Assembly: GCF_006345805.1 (NCBI RefSeq)
Contig: NC_043002.1
Coordinates: 29,326,001-29,390,000 of the forward strand
Reading direction: 5' to 3'
Source of the DNA: Octopus sinensis
Taxonomy: Eukaryota
DNA length: 64,000 nucleotides
The position numbers and the translations under genes are program-made. Under the pieces are notes generated by a model that had not been told where the DNA came from, did no database searches, and saw only the letters and a program-made list of their open reading frames with translations. Numbering within the stretch: the stretch's first letter is position 1; the number at the start of each line of letters is the position of its first letter. Shown here in pieces: positions 40,241-55,035 of this stretch.

Positions 40241-40984
40241 CCTCCTCCCTTTCCGTCCTCGGTTTTTATATCTACCGCCACCGTAGCTCCCACATCAGGA
40301 TCAGGATCACTACTGCTACTACAATCCTTATCCTTTCCACCACCAACACTAACACCACCACCACCACTTCCACAACCACCACTGCTACTACACCGCCGAC
40401 TATATCCCAAAGTCAGCCAAAACATCCCCCAACCACTACTCCAGCAACACGTCCCTGTCAACGTCATCTCTGCGACCCCCCCCCCACCGTCACCATCATT
40501 ACAATCATCAAAAACAACGCCAACAGCACTGTGACCATCACCGACACCACTACCACCACCGCCATCTCCACCACCACCACCATCTCATCAAACCCACCGT
40601 CAACATAATGTTATAGCCACCGCCTCCACCCTTATAATCACTATCAGCATTAACAGTACCGGCACTACCGCATACACCATACCATTTTCGTGCCCACCAT
40701 CACCACCATTTATTTTTGCTCTCTTCATTCTTATTTTCTACATCTATTAGCATACTAATGGCAGAAAAATGTCAGAAACGTTAGAGTGCTATGAAAAATG
40801 GTTGGCAGCATTTTCATTCTCTTCTTTCGGATCAAATCCGCCCCCAACTCAGGATGATTTTGTTTTGTTTCATCTTTTTAAGTTGTCTATAATGTTATAG
40901 GATGAAGTTAACGAAATGTAATCATCGCATACTTGTGGTAAACTACAAAATATATTGTATTCTAACTAATGCTGATTTCATATT

Positions 40985-41180
40985 TTGGCACAAGGCCACA
41001 AAGTTCGGGGCAGGGTCTAAGTCGATTACAGCGACGCCAGTGGTCAACTTAATTTATCGATCCCGAAAGAATGAAAGGCAAAGTCAACCTCAGCGGAATT
41101 TGAAGACAGAACATAAAGACGGGCGAAATGCTGCAAAGCATTCTGCCCGGCGTGGCGTGCTAACGATTCTGCCAGCCCTC
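40985..41180 (-). mobile_element. SINE family A
   Basis: Reverse-complement match to family A. Confidence 0.8.
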
Positions 41181-41210
41181 CCTCTTTATACTATAGATTT
41201 ATTACTTGTT

Positions 41211-41255
<45 letters not shown>

Positions 41256-41297
41256 CAAACACACACACACAAACATCTATATGTGCACACATACACA

Positions 41298-42350
41298 TAC
41301 AGGGTGTCCTAACACTGTAAAGTCATTTTAACACTTGAAGACTCACTTGATGTACCTTTCATTTGAAATATAACACTTTAGACATAATGCTGGCAGAACA
41401 AAGAAAAATTATCCTATAGTGCTACTGGAAGTTTAAAAAAGCAGCCAAAATATAAAGGCAGTTGAGGAAAGTGTGTCAAAACATTGGCCTACGCGACTTG
41501 CCGTCACTTGAACTAGAAATAAGTTTGAAATAGAAAGAACTGATAATATTGTTCACAAGGAAGTTCTAGAAGTCGATGGACTTCGACAAGCTCCAGCAAG
41601 GTAAAAAAAAAAGTGTACTAGAAACATATTTCCTTATTTGGAGAAAATCTGTACGGCAAGCTAATAGTGAGAGAAGAACTGAAAAAATCAAGCATCAATT
41701 ACATTTTGAAGTGCTGTCACTGGAAAAGTGAGATTTCTTCAAAAGTCTACACACTCAATGAAAATGATCTGGACGAAAGAGTGGAGCTTTGCAAGTACAA
41801 CATTTAAATTAAACGGCTCAATTAACTTCCATAATTGCATCCACTCAGAACTTGATAATCTGCATATTATGGTAGAGAATTTCTATGATCTACAATATGA
41901 TGCGGTTTATCATTAAAAGGGCTAATTCAACCGTTCAAATAAATGGGACCTGGTACTGTGACAGGTCTCATTTGAACTTGCTGCGACAATGTCTCACGCC
42001 AAGCATTCAAGATGACTTTGAAGATGTAGAGTTTCATTTCCGGGAAGATGGGTAACTCCCACACCCCCATATTAATGTAAGTGTTTGTTTTAATGAAGAT
42101 GTGGATTGGACGAAGAAGTTCAGCAGAATACTCTCCACGTTCTTGGGGTCTCACACCACTTTTGACTTTTTATGTTGATAGTTAAAAGATACATCATAGG
42201 GTACAAAAACAGCAAGAATCGATGGATTAAGGGCTGCTATTGAATGAGAATAGGCAGGAAAAGCCAGTGAAACGTTCTTTAAAGTTTCTTGTAGTAATTC
42301 CATCAGCTTGCTTTACCTGGACAAGAACGGTCATCAGTCTGTCAACAGAT
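41298..42350 (+). mobile_element. Decayed Tc1/mariner-superfamily transposon (Tc3/maT-like)
   Basis: TA-cagggtgtc left end; relic motifs FKLNGSINFHNC and WIGRRSSAEYSPRSWGLTPL (cf. WIGR..WPPRSPDLTPLDF); many stops; right TIR not seen. Confidence 0.7.
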
Positions 42351-42899
42351 GTTCATACCAGACCTGGCACCAAATTCTTCGACTGAAGCGACTCTGCATT
42401 AAAGACTTGGATTTGTTTTCCATATCCCACTGATGGCGTCATTTTTTTCTATCTGGGTCTTATGCTCCATTGACAGTCAACTCCGTATTCTATAGAGCAC
42501 AGCCTATGGACAGAGTCGCTACAGTTTTAACATAAACAGATACACTTGCAAAGAGAATTGATTTCTCTGCTCCATTTTTACACATCAACTCTGTTTTTTC
42601 AACGAATTATCCTTAGCTAGTTTCATTCTTTTTCTCCGACCATCTAATTCAGGCGTTAGCAATACTTTTTTTTTTGGTTTTTTTTTGCAATGGTTCACTT
42701 TTAGTGATTTTTTTCTTGTATTGATAGTATTAAGTAACACCTTCCTCTCAAAATTTCTCGCCTTGTACCTTTATTAGGAAACATCATTATGATGTATGGT
42801 TTGTGCGATAACGATGATAAACTAGATAAAGCGTTGGAAAAAATTGCATTATCGTATTTGAGTTTCTTTATACTGCGTTCAAAACGCATCAAGTATAAT

Positions 42900-43190
42900 T
42901 TCTCTTTTCATCAATTAGAGGTCGATAAAATAAAGTTCCAGTCAAGTACTGGGTTCGATAAAATCAACTAAACCCTCTAACAAATACTCTGTTTTTGTGT
43001 CAGGTGAGCTGACAGAGTCGTTTGCGCGTCGGGCAAAATTCTTATCGGCATTTCGTACGTCATTCTGTTCTGAGTTCAAATTCTGCCGAGTGTCGATGAA
43101 ATAAGTATCAGTTGAACACTGGAGTCTGTCTAATCGACTTACTCGCCTACCCCAAAATTGCTGGCCTTCTGCCAAAATTTGAAACCATTA
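42900..43190 (+). mobile_element. SINE family A fragments
   Basis: gagctgacagagtcg...ctgagttcaaattctgccgag...ggccttctgccaaaatttgaaacc. Confidence 0.7.
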
Positions 43191-43928
43191 TTGAAAATAA
43201 TGATAATTGTTTTAAATGCTGGTACAACACCAACAATTCTAAGGGAAGCATGTTTTTCTTTTACATTGAGCTCCAATTCTTCTTCTTCATCATCATCATC
43301 TTCTTCTTCTTCTTCTTCTTCTTCTTCTTCTTCTTCTTCTTCTTCTTTTCTTCTCTCTCTTTTCTCTTCTTTTCCTTCTCCTCCCCTCCTCCTCCTCCTC
43401 CTCTTATTTATCCTACCATTTATGGTCTACATAGCAACTCCACCGCACAACCACACACACACACCACACACACACACACATTTTCCTCCTTTGTACTCAG
43501 TCCGCTCAGCCACCCCTCTGTTACCTAAGCATTTACATCATTTCACCGTACAAAGGCAAGTGACATCAACCATTGTTCTGCTATCAGTTGTAGTGGCGGG
43601 AAAATATTGCAAAAATATATTGAAAGGCTGGGGAGGACCCATGCACTTGTATATATTTTGTTTTTAGTACTCTTAGCTCAAGTTGAATTATTGATGGTAG
43701 TTATGGGGTTGGCAGTTTTGATATTTATGATGAAGGCGTTGATAGCTTTTGGGTTAAGCTGATAATGTTATTGATATTGGTGTTGTGGTTGTTGTAGGGG
43801 GTGATTTCTAGAGTTATTGTTGTGGTGGTTTAGTCCGCGATCAGATGATGTTGCAGTCGTGAATAATCCACCTTTTCACGAACACAGCGTATCTACCAGT
43901 ATATTATAAAAGGTATTATTTCATTTTT

Positions 43929-44290
43929 AGGCATGGCTCTATGGTAAGAAGCTTGCTTCCCAACTACATCGTTCCGGGTTCAGCCCCTTTGAGCAAGTGT
44001 CTTCTACTATAACCTCGGGCCAGTGAATAGATTTAGTAGACGGAAACTGAAAGAAGCCCGTCGTATATATATATATATATATATATGTCTCTCTGTGTGT
44101 CTTTGTATTTGTGTTTATCACCCTTCACCACTTGACCTCCAGTGCTGGTGTATTTACGGCCTCGTGACATAGTGGTTCAGCGAAACAGACCGATATAATT
44201 AGGCTTAAAAAATAAGTCCTGAGGTCGAACTGTTCGACAAAAACACTGCATCACTGCAGTCAAATGCCTGAAACAAATAAAAGTATAAAA
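43929..44290 (+). mobile_element. SINE family B
   Basis: Both modules plus TA spacer. Confidence 0.8.
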
Positions 44291-45254
44291 AAATAGTGTC
44301 AATCGAAGATGATTTGGCTGTTATTTCTACCCAGTCAAGCAACCACGTAGAGGCTGTCTCTTAGACTCTAGGTATTGAAGTCGAATCAAGTGCAGAGGGT
44401 GAATGTCAATGTACACAAGAATGTTGTTGTATTCATTTCACTAATGAAAATTTGTCATATAAATATCATTTTTGTGGCGTTTGTAATTCATTGTATTTCT
44501 TTATGTTGTTTTTGTTCAGAATTGTTTCTCCACCTTTCCTCTTATCATCATTGTAATTTCTTTCACTAATGTTGTAAGGTGGTTGATAATGTGATTGCTT
44601 TAAATGACTATAAGCTCTTTATAAGTTCAAGTCGTTCTGAAACTTACTTTACGTTTTATTATTGCAGGTCTAATGAAATAAGCAAGTCAAGAACCGAGGC
44701 TCTCGTCCCATTTGAAACCGTTATCATTAAAACTTTATGCATGTATAAATATGTATGTGTACTGGCCTTGATTATATTGAGTATGTACCATGATTTCGGG
44801 AAAAGTTATTTTATATCATACGAGATAACTGGAAAGGCTACGACAGAAAGGGCATCTGGCCGTAAAAAATTGCCCCAGAAAACTGATCCAACCCATTGTA
44901 GCATAGAAAAAACAGGCGTAAAACGATGGTTATATATATTTTTAATTAAATACATTTCTTCTTTGTTCGTAATTTACTCCATAGTTTTGTTGATGCTGAT
45001 TTTAATATTAGTGTAGATGTTACTGCTGCGACTGTAGATGCCAGTTCTGTTTTGGATGCCGTTGAGTTTGATATTGTAAATGCTGATGTTCTTGTTAAGC
45101 GCAACGCCATCCCAAGTTGAGCGGACATATGACCTGAGACATTGTAGCCTTGATCATTCAAAATTCGGACTGGTATCAGCTATCTCGGTCTCCATTATCT
45201 ATCGTACACTTCCGTTTTTAAGATGACTGAGTGGAAGATGATTTCGTGTCTATT

Positions 45255-45489
45255 TCTTATTTCTTTATTGCCCACAACGGGCTAGACATAGAGGGGACAA
45301 ACAAGGACAGACAAAGGGATTAATTCGATTACATCGACCCCAATGCGTAATTGGTACTTAATTTATCGACCCCGAAAAGATGAAAGGCAAAGTCGACCTC
45401 TGCGGAATTTGAACTCAGAAAGTAAAGACACGAAATTCTGCTAAGCATTTCGCCCGGCGTGCTAACGTTTCTGCTAGCTCGCCGCCTTT
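45255..45489 (-). mobile_element. SINE family A monomer
   Basis: Near full-length match. Confidence 0.9.
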
Positions 45490-46649
45490 GGTGTCGATTT
45501 GGTGTCTATTTCTGGCAGATTATTCGATCATATAGAGATTTCGTTATTGGCACGTTTTTACTAAAATTGATTCTGTTACTAATATTGTTGTTGTTACTCA
45601 TAACATTATTCTTTGTATATTCTTCTGTCAGATCAACGCCTTAAATATTTACAAAATATAACTGCCGCCCAAAATGCCGCTCTACATTGTTTTTATTGTT
45701 GCTGTTATTACTTCAGTCCCTGCTACTGCTTCCCCTTTGATTTGTCATTCTCCTCTCACCAACACTCCTTCTGTAGTTATCGCTACGGTTGTCACCGCTG
45801 CCACTGTTGCTAGATTCTTTAAACGATAAGTCCAAGAACTTTATGGCCTCGCAGTGACAAAGGACCGAGACCCTTAACCTATTGTCCAAGCTTGATGTTA
45901 CATTCGGGAATATCTCAATGAATAAAACGGGCTAGACGTTTAAAATGATTGTGACGGAATGATCGCAGGAGGTGCTTTGGTATAAAATACCAATTATATA
46001 TTTTTATCAAAAAGCCTGTCACTTGCATAAGAGCTGATGTTGGGTTAAGTGGTGTATATAGGATACAAGCGGTTGTTATTGCTCTGACCGGAATAGAGAT
46101 GATGGCTATTATTGCTGTGTTTGCTTTATAGAATTTGGTCATATATTCTTCGGCTGTGGAATTTTTTCTTCAACATTTTATTTAAATTATTTTTCCTATT
46201 CTTTTCGAGTGATAGTTGCGCTGATGTTGTTGTTGTTTGACTCAAACCAGCCTTAATTAAGAATATCTATGATTAAAGCATCCCAGGCTTGAACATCAAT
46301 CATAACTTTAGACAGAATAGTATGAAATTCTAAATGCATAGTGTATCCTTCCTAAAAATCATTAAAAAATGAATGAATAAATTATTTCAAGAAGGGTAAT
46401 TTGGTTTAATTTCTTGCTGGTCTTGGTGGTCTATACAGCCTCTTTCCTTAGCTTAATTTTTGGTAGCGATAATGCCGGTAGAGATAATGTTGGTAGCGAT
46501 AATACTGGTGGGACCATTAAGGATAGCCATTCCGATTTTTACAAGTTGAACTCAGAATGTAATGTAGGAAAAAAAGCCGCTAACCATTTAGTCCAGTGCG
46601 GTAACGATTCTGTCAACTCGACGCCTCAATAACAACACCAGAAACAATT

Positions 46650-46717
<68 letters not shown>

Positions 46718-46734
46718 TATAATAGTTTCAAATT

Positions 46735-47537
46735 AGGCACAAAAACAACCAAGATTGGGAAATGGGTTAAGTCAGTTATATCAAAGACCAGTGCACAACT
46801 GGTACTTTTTATATCAACCTCGAAAGATAAAAAGGCAGAGTTGATCTCGGTGGAATTTGAATTCAGAAAGTAAAGACGGGCGAAATAACGGAAAATATTT
46901 TCCCCTGACGTGCTAACGCTTCTCTCAGATCAACGCCTTAACTATTACAAAATATTTATTTGAAATTTTATCACAAGACAAGCAATGTCGGGGTAAGAAG
47001 TAAGTCGGTTACATCTCCTCCAGTGCTCGGCTGATACTAAATCCATCGACGCTGAACCGATGAAAGGCAAAGTGGACCTCGGAGGAAATAAAACATAAAG
47101 ACGGGCGAAATACCGTTAAGCATTTTGCCCGGCATTCTAATGAGTCCTTTCTTCACAAGGCCTGAAATTTGTGGAGAGGGGACTAGTTGATTATATCGAC
47201 CCCAGTGTTTCACTGGTACTAAATTTTATCAACTCCGAAACGATGAAAGGCAAAGTCGATTTCGGTTGAATTTGAAATCAGAACGTAGCGACGGGCGAAA
47301 TACCTATTTCTTTACTACCCACAAGGGGCTAAACACAGAGGGGACAAACAAGGACAGATAAATGGATTAAGTCGATTACACCGACCCCAGTGCGTAACTG
47401 GTACTTATTTAATCGACCCCAAAAGGATGAAAGGCAAAGTCAACCTCGGCAGAATTTGAACTCAGAACGTAGCGGCAGACGAAATACGGCTAAGCATTTC
47501 GTCCAGCGTGCTTACGATTCTGCCAGCTCGTTGCCTT
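46735..47537 (-). mobile_element. SINE family A cluster, four co-oriented units of differing divergence
   Basis: Repeated gatgaaaggcaaagtc core. Confidence 0.85.
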
Positions 47538-48052
47538 ATATATTTACAAAATATTATCTCTTTATATGTATCTAGTCGTAAGCAATGATATGGTTTCAGT
47601 TTCTGTCATTATGTATGACACGATGGGCAAGTATCTTCTACAATGGTTAGCAGATGATCAATGCCCTGAGAGCGAATTTTGTAAAAGGAAACTGTACAGA
47701 AGCCACACACATACACGCGCGCGTCTGTGTAGCCGCTTCGCATGTGGTGTAACTTTCTTTAAGTCTCCGTTTTGCCGCGATTAAATAGAGTGATGGAACA
47801 AATTACAATAATTAAAGCAATTGCACGGGTTTATTTGTTCGATTAAATCCTTCAAGGTTATGCCCCAAACACAGACAGAATCTAAAAGTTGAGATAAGCG
47901 AAAACAAAAAATTATGGTAACAGGATATATGATTTCAACTGGTTGTTGTCAAGTGTGTTAGCGTCACAGAAACCCATCACGCAAGAAATAGTTACATATT
48001 CAGGTAAAATTAGAGGAGATATATATTGGAGATCAAACCTGGTCGAAAGTAT

Positions 48053-48443
48053 TCTTTTATTCTTTTACTTGTTTCAGTCATTTGACTGCAGCCATGCTAG
48101 AGCACCACCTTTAGTCGAGCAAATCGACACCAGGACTTATTCTTTGTAAGCCTAGTACTTATCTATCGGTCTGTTTTGTCAAACCGCTAAGGTACGGGGA
48201 CGTAAAAGTACCAGCATCGGTTGTCAAGCGATGTTGCGCGGGGACAAACACAGATACACAAACATATCCCATATGTATGTATATATATATATATATACAC
48301 TACGGGCTTCTTTCAGTTTCCATCTACCAAATCAACTATAGCCAGGGCTATGGTAGAAGACACTTGCCCAATATGCCACGCAGTGGGACTGTATCCACAA
48401 CTATATGGTTGGTAAGCAAGGTACTTACCACACAGCCACTCCT
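48053..48443 (-). mobile_element. SINE family B
   Basis: Near full-length reverse-complement match. Confidence 0.9.
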
Positions 48444-48574
48444 GGCCTTTACTTTGGATGCGAGGCTGCTTTCGTTGTAACGTGGAGAATAAAATAAAAT
48501 AAGTCACCATGTAATGCAAAAGTTTTGATTCAGCGCAATAAAGTAACGATACAAAATGCACAGTAATCTTCTCT

Positions 48575-48960
48575 AATCTAGGCACAAGGCTCGAAATATT
48601 TGGGAAAGGGCCAGTCGATTACATTAACCCCAACTGCAACTAGTACTTAATTTATCGGCCCCAAAAGGATGAAAGCAAAGTCGACTCGGCGGAATTTGAA
48701 CTCGGAACGTAGCGGCAGACGAAATACCTATTTCTTTATTACCCACAAGGAGCTAAACACAGAGGGGATAAACAAGGACAGACAAACGGATTAAGTCGAT
48801 TACATAGACCCCAGTGCGTAACTGGTACTTAATTTATCGACCCGAAAGGATGAAAGGCAAAGTCGACCTCGGCGGAATTTGAACTCAGAACATAACGGCA
48901 GACGAAATACGGCTACGCATTTCGCCCGGCGTGCTAACGTTTCTGACAGCTCGCCGCCTT
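48575..48960 (-). mobile_element. SINE family A dimer
   Basis: Two units joined at gaaatacctatttcttt. Confidence 0.9.
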
Positions 48961-48993
48961 ACAAAATGCACAATAGTGGTGTGACAGAATGCT

Positions 48994-49205
48994 GCGAGCT
49001 GGCAGAATCGATAGCACGCCGAGTGAAATGCTTAGCGGTTTTTCGTCTGTCGTTACGTTCTGGGTTCGAATTCCGCCGAGGTCGCCTTTGCCTTTCATCC
49101 TTTCGGGGTTGATAAATTAAGTACCAGTCGCGTACTGGGATCGATCTAATCAACTGGCCCCTTCCACCAAAATTTCTGGCCTTGCACCTAGAGTAGAAAA
49201 GAACA
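48994..49205 (+). mobile_element. SINE family A monomer, head-to-head with the preceding dimer
   Basis: gcgagctggcagaatcg...gggttcgaattccgccgagg. Confidence 0.9.
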
Positions 49206-49368
49206 TTGGCGTAACAGATATCCTCTTTCATCTAGTCTCTAGATCTCTTAGTTGTTGTTAAGGTGTTGTGTTCTTGACTTAAATTTCACCCGAGTTTTAA
49301 TGGTCGGTGTTTGGAATTTTCTAATCGATTTTCATTAATATGCTTGCTCCTGAGGATAGAACCATTAT

Positions 49369-49403
<35 letters not shown>

Positions 49404-49749
49404 TACACACCCGCCGCACATTTCCAAATCCGTCTTGGAGTTGCACTTAAGATACTTTGCAAAATAGTCCCATTATAGTCTTGGTTGTTGATAATGATTA
49501 CAGTCAGAAAAACAGGTGAAAGAATTACTTAAATGAAATAATATCCTTAAACTGAGAGTTGAACCCACAACACAAACAATCAGTTCAGCAGAGGGGCTAA
49601 CAAAAAAGAAAAAAAAGAAAAACAATAACAAATCTGAAAGAAGAAAAAAAAATTGTTCTTGCCTTTCCTAACTCTGTCATTCGAACGTAAATAAATATAC
49701 AGGTAATCTGTTGTGATATATTGGTGCTTCGATATATATATATATATAT

Positions 49750-49790
<41 letters not shown>

Positions 49791-50529
49791 GTACATACAG
49801 TAACATTTGTTCGTATAAGTATGAAAGTGTATATACGTATATACGTATATATGTATATGTGAATATGTAGTGATATACTGTTAGATAATAAAAGGATTTT
49901 GGAGTGATACCTATAAAAGGTCGTAATTTGTTCGCTGCAGCAAAACCTATCTTGAGATAAATAATTAATGGTAAAAGTTGTCCAGTCCCAAAAAGTTACA
50001 GAGCCTTCTTCCCCACTCTCTCTCACTCCCTCTGTCAATCTGCGTGTGCGTGTGTGTATGTGTGTGTGTATGTGTATAACTCACTCGCTCTATGTTCCTT
50101 TGTCTGTCTCTCTCTCTCGTTCTCTCACTGCTTATCGATGGTAAATTACAGTTAGGATATTACTCAGTCCTTCTACAAACGCACATATCATTTCATCAGA
50201 GCAGACGGTCGCCGTCTTCTCTTGAATTGCCAATAAAGAATAACAACAACAAAAACACCCATAATCACAACAATTCTAACAACAATAAAGAAGTTGACCA
50301 AGAGATTCGATCTTTCTACATCGTGTGGCGTCCAGATGACTCCACCCATTCACTCTCTACCCCTTTCTCTATCTACATCTACTCCACCTTTTCCCCACAC
50401 CTTATGCTCCTTATTACTTGAGAATACCTTACCTGACCTCACCTCACCTCTACTGGCCTCACCTTACGCCTCTACCTCCCACTCTTACCCCTACTTTATT
50501 TCACTCTAACCCCTTATTTATCTATCCCT

Positions 50530-51307
50530 ACACCCACAGCACTTACACAAACACACGCACACGCATACATACACTCGCACTCACATAAATATTTATATAC
50601 ATATATATTTATACACACACTTACATACGCAGACACATACATACGCATGTACATACACATACACACGCTTTCACATACACACTCGCATGCATGCACACAC
50701 ATACGCACACATATACATATACATATGCACATACACATGCAGAGCCTCACATGCTTGTACACATATACACATACATATTCATACATTCACATACGCACGC
50801 ATACATGAGCACACACATACACATACATACGCTTTCACATACACACCTCCATGCTCTCTTATACCCATACACACTTATATACGCACATACACACTCACAT
50901 GCATGCACACACATATGCTCAAACACATACACACATACAGTCACCCACACACATACACACACATAGACACACAAACCGCCCTCGTCCTTCTTATACTAAC
51001 CAGTTAGTTGCTTTCGCTATTTACTGCCGAAGATTTGATGGATGTTATCTATTTATCAACGGTTGAGGTGTGGGTGGGGAGAAATGCAGGCGGAGATATG
51101 TGGGATGTGTGTGTGTGTGTGTGTGTGTGTGCGTGGTGGAAGGTATGAGTAGTGAGGGAGGAATTTTTTGTGTAGCAGGGGTGTCATTGCGATAGGAGAG
51201 GTAGAGTGCAACTGTGGGGAGGGATAGCGGGAGGGAGGAGGAGAGAGAGGGAGTGAGTGAGAGAGAGAGGGAGGAAGAGGGAAAGATAGATGGACGAAGA
51301 CAGAGGG

Positions 51308-51366
<59 letters not shown>

Positions 51367-51780
51367 AGGTGCGAGAGTGTCCGTGTTTAGAAAGTGGGAA
51401 AAGTTGTTCTGTAAGTGTAGGAGAGAGAGGGAAAGAGAGAGTGAGATAGAGAGAGATAGAGAGAGGGAAAGAGAGAGAGAGAGTGAGATGGAGCGAGTGA
51501 TAGGGAGAGAGGGAGAAAGAGAGAGATAGAGAGAGAGGGATCGAGAGAGATGGAGGGAGAGATAAAGAGAGGGAAGCGTGAGATGTAGAGAAAAATAGAG
51601 AGAGAGAAAGAGAGAGGGAAGAAAAGAGAACATGTGAGTGGCAAAGAGAACATGTGAGTGGCAAAGAGAACGAGTGCCTAGAAGAATAAGAGTGAGAAGT
51701 GTCGTATAAGGAAAAGAGAAAGAGAGAGAGAGAGAGAGAGAGAATGAGAGAGAGGGGGAGAGTGAAAGAGAATGAGAGAA
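50530..51780. repeat. Degenerate CA-rich block followed by GA-rich block, including a 20-bp tandem repeat at about 51624-51671
   Basis: Directly visible; aagagaacatgtgagtggca twice plus a partial copy. Confidence 0.9.
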
Positions 51781-52749
51781 AGAAGGTGACGTATCGGCTT
51801 TATTGGAGTTGGACTTGCTAGCTTTAGTTACGTTGGTATTTCTCATGGAATTATATCTGAATAGACACATACACACACACACACAATTACACACGCACGC
51901 ACACACACACACACATACACACACACACACACACGTAAATGTATTTATCAAATTATACTTGTGTATCTATGTACATTATCAGGCAGCGTCCTACTAATAA
52001 TTATTTTTAATTTTGTAACCAGGCCAGCAATTCTGGGGAGAGGGCAAAGTAGATCACAGCGACCAAAGTATTCAACTGGTACTTAATTATATCGATCCTG
52101 AAACAAAGAAAGTTAGAGTTAGCCTCAGTGCGGAATGTCGTTGGTCATTCTGGGCGAGGCACAAACAACTCTGTTTGAACTATGGTCTTATATATATATA
52201 TATATATATTATATAATATATATATGTGTGTGTGTGTCTGTGTGTGTGTGTGTGTGTGTGTATAATACAAAATGAGACAAGAACGCAAAACATCCGGACA
52301 ACTAAGTGATACAAAACATCCAGATAGACGATACGAAAAAAAAGCTTTCTATCCTCAGTCAAGAACAAGAACATCCTCGCAATCTCGGCTGATTAATCTT
52401 GAGATTGCTCCAATCTGGCCAACCCATATTTATATATATATATATAGAGAGAGAGGGGGTGGAGGGGGGAGAGAGAGAAAGAGAGAAAGGTAAAAATACT
52501 TCGTTTCAAGTTCCTCCTGTCTACTGTGCAGTAAGTAGTTAACCCTGTAACAGACGATAACCCTGCAACGGACTAGCTTTCTGATCAGAGGCAATGTTAA
52601 ATTGCACATCTACCCAGCTTGGTGACATCATTCGAAGCTAAAACGATGTAAGGCGCTTTGTGGATTTGGCTGAAGCCCGTTGCGTGAACACACACACATA
52701 CTCACTCATGTATGTGTGTGTGTGTACATGTTGTGTATTTGTGTGTGTA

Positions 52750-52789
<40 letters not shown>

Positions 52790-53183
52790 TATGTGTGTGT
52801 GTGTGTGTGACCTCCATCACCGCTTAGCAACCGGTGCTTGTTTTTGCCTCCGTAACTAGGTTCAGCAAAAGAGATAGAATAAATACCAGGCTTAAAAGTA
52901 CTCGTGTCGGTATGTTCGACTAAACTCTTCCGGTTGGTGCACCAGAATAGCTGCTATCCAATGACTGAAAACAAGATATCCCCCCCCCACACAAACACCC
53001 ACACGTATGTATATACTTGATAAGGAGGTGCTGGTTTCAAGTACGCGCACACATGGTATTCAATAATGATTGTGGTAAGAGCGGGTTGGTGATGATTTTG
53101 GTGATAGAAGTGGTACTGTTAATAGTGGTACTGTCACTATTATTTTATTATAAGTTCAATCACCAAATGATCCACAATTGAAT

Positions 53184-53359
53184 AGGCGTAGGAGTGGCTG
53201 TGTGGTAAGTAGCTTGCTTACCAACCACATAGTTCCGGATTCAGTCCACTGCGTGGCACCTTGAGCAAGTGTCTTCTACTATAGCCTCGGGCCGACCAAA
53301 GCCTTGAGTGGATTTGGTTGACGGAAACGGAAAGAAGCCCGTCGTATATATATATATAG

Positions 53360-53416
<57 letters not shown>

Positions 53417-53451
53417 ATATATATATATATAGATATATATATATATATATA

Positions 53452-53487
<36 letters not shown>

Positions 53488-53730
53488 GTGTGTGTGTGGT
53501 GTGTGTGTGTGTATGTTTGTGTGTCTGTGTTTGTCCCTCCCCAACATCACTTGACAACCCGATGCTGGTGTGTTTACGTCCCCGTAACATTAGTGGTTCG
53601 GCAAAAAGAAAACGATAGTATAAGTATTAGGATTACAAAGAATAAGTCCTTGAGTCGATTTACTCCACTAAAGGCGATGCTCCAGCGTGGCCACAGTCAA
53701 ATGACTGAAACAAGTAAAAGATTAAAAGAG
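53184..53730 (+). mobile_element. SINE family B, full length, with long internal TA/TG tract
   Basis: Head aggcgtaggagtggctgtgtggtaag, CORE-like ccttgagcaagt, 3' module ending gactgaaacaagtaaaag. Confidence 0.9.
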
Positions 53731-54325
53731 CAATTGAAGGGAGATCTTCAAGGAAATTGTCAATCAGACATAAATTAGAAGCAAGCGAGAAATTAGTGTC
53801 GACTGTAGTTGTGGTGCTGATATGATATGGTAGTAGTTGCAGTAGGCTGATTAAAGTAGTTTTTTGTAACAATAGTATTAGTTGTAATTGAGTTGCTTGT
53901 GTTCTATGGAAGTAGTGGTAATAGTAATGGCAGTGATTGTTGTGGTTTACGATACGGTAGATCCTAAGATCAGCGCTGACCGAGAGAACCAATGATCAAA
54001 ATCACTCCACCTATGAATATCCCATCCTTTTGAACACATATGACTACATTGTGTAATACGTATTTCCTTTTTCTTAAAAGTTAGTTCTATGTGATTTGAG
54101 AGAGATACGGTTGTTAAGATTAGCTGATTGAGTGACTCTTATGGTTAACTTTGTAATCGTCAAACAACGTGTAGAAGTTAGAGAAGTGTTCATTGTGCTG
54201 GTGTAACACAGGGCAGAGATTAGAGTGGTGGTGGTTATGGTGGTCCATCAGAGGATAGTTGTTGCTGTGGTCATCTTTGGGGTTTTATAACATACGATAG
54301 TCATCAATATTTTACTGGTTAATTA

Positions 54326-54720
54326 GGGCGGCGAGCTGGCAGAATCGATAGCCCGTCGGGCGAAATGCTTATCGGTATTTCGTCTGCGTTACGTTCTGAG
54401 TTCAAATTCCGCCGAGGTCGACTTTGCCTTTCATCCTTTCGGGGTCGATAAATTAAGTACCAGTTACGCACTGGAGTCGATGTAATCGACTTAATACCTA
54501 TGTCTGTCCTTGTTTGTCCCCTCTGTATTTAGCCCCTTGTGGGTAATAAAGAAATAGGTATTTCGTTCATCTTCATATTCTGAGTTTAAATTCTGCAGAG
54601 GTCAATTTGCCTTTCATCCTTTCGGGGTCGATAAAATAAGTACCATTTGAGCAGTGGTGTCGATGTAATCGACTTGATCCTCTCCAGAAATTGCTGGCCT
54701 TGTGCAAAAATTGGAATCAA
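54326..54720 (+). mobile_element. SINE family A dimer
   Basis: Two units joined at aaagaaataggtatttcg. Confidence 0.9.
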
Positions 54721-54839
54721 TATTGCACTAGTTGTTATCATTTAAGATATAGTATTCGTAAATGTGGTACATGTGAAAGATATTGTCTAGGTTGTGATTC
54801 ATTTAAGGAGAAATAGAATTGTTGGTCATTCGAATGTAT

Positions 54840-55035
54840 TCTTTTCTTTCATTTGTTTCAGTCATTCGTCAGCAGCCATGCTGGAGCATCGCCTTTAAGT
54901 CGAACCAATCGACCCCAGGACTTATTATTTGTAAGCCTAGTACCTATCGGTCTTTTTGTAGAACCGCTAGGTGACGGGGACGTAAGCACACCAGCATCGG
55001 TTGTCAAGCGATGGTAGAAGGTCAAACACAGACAC
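54840..55035 (-). mobile_element. SINE family B, 3' module
   Basis: Reverse-complement match. Confidence 0.85.
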
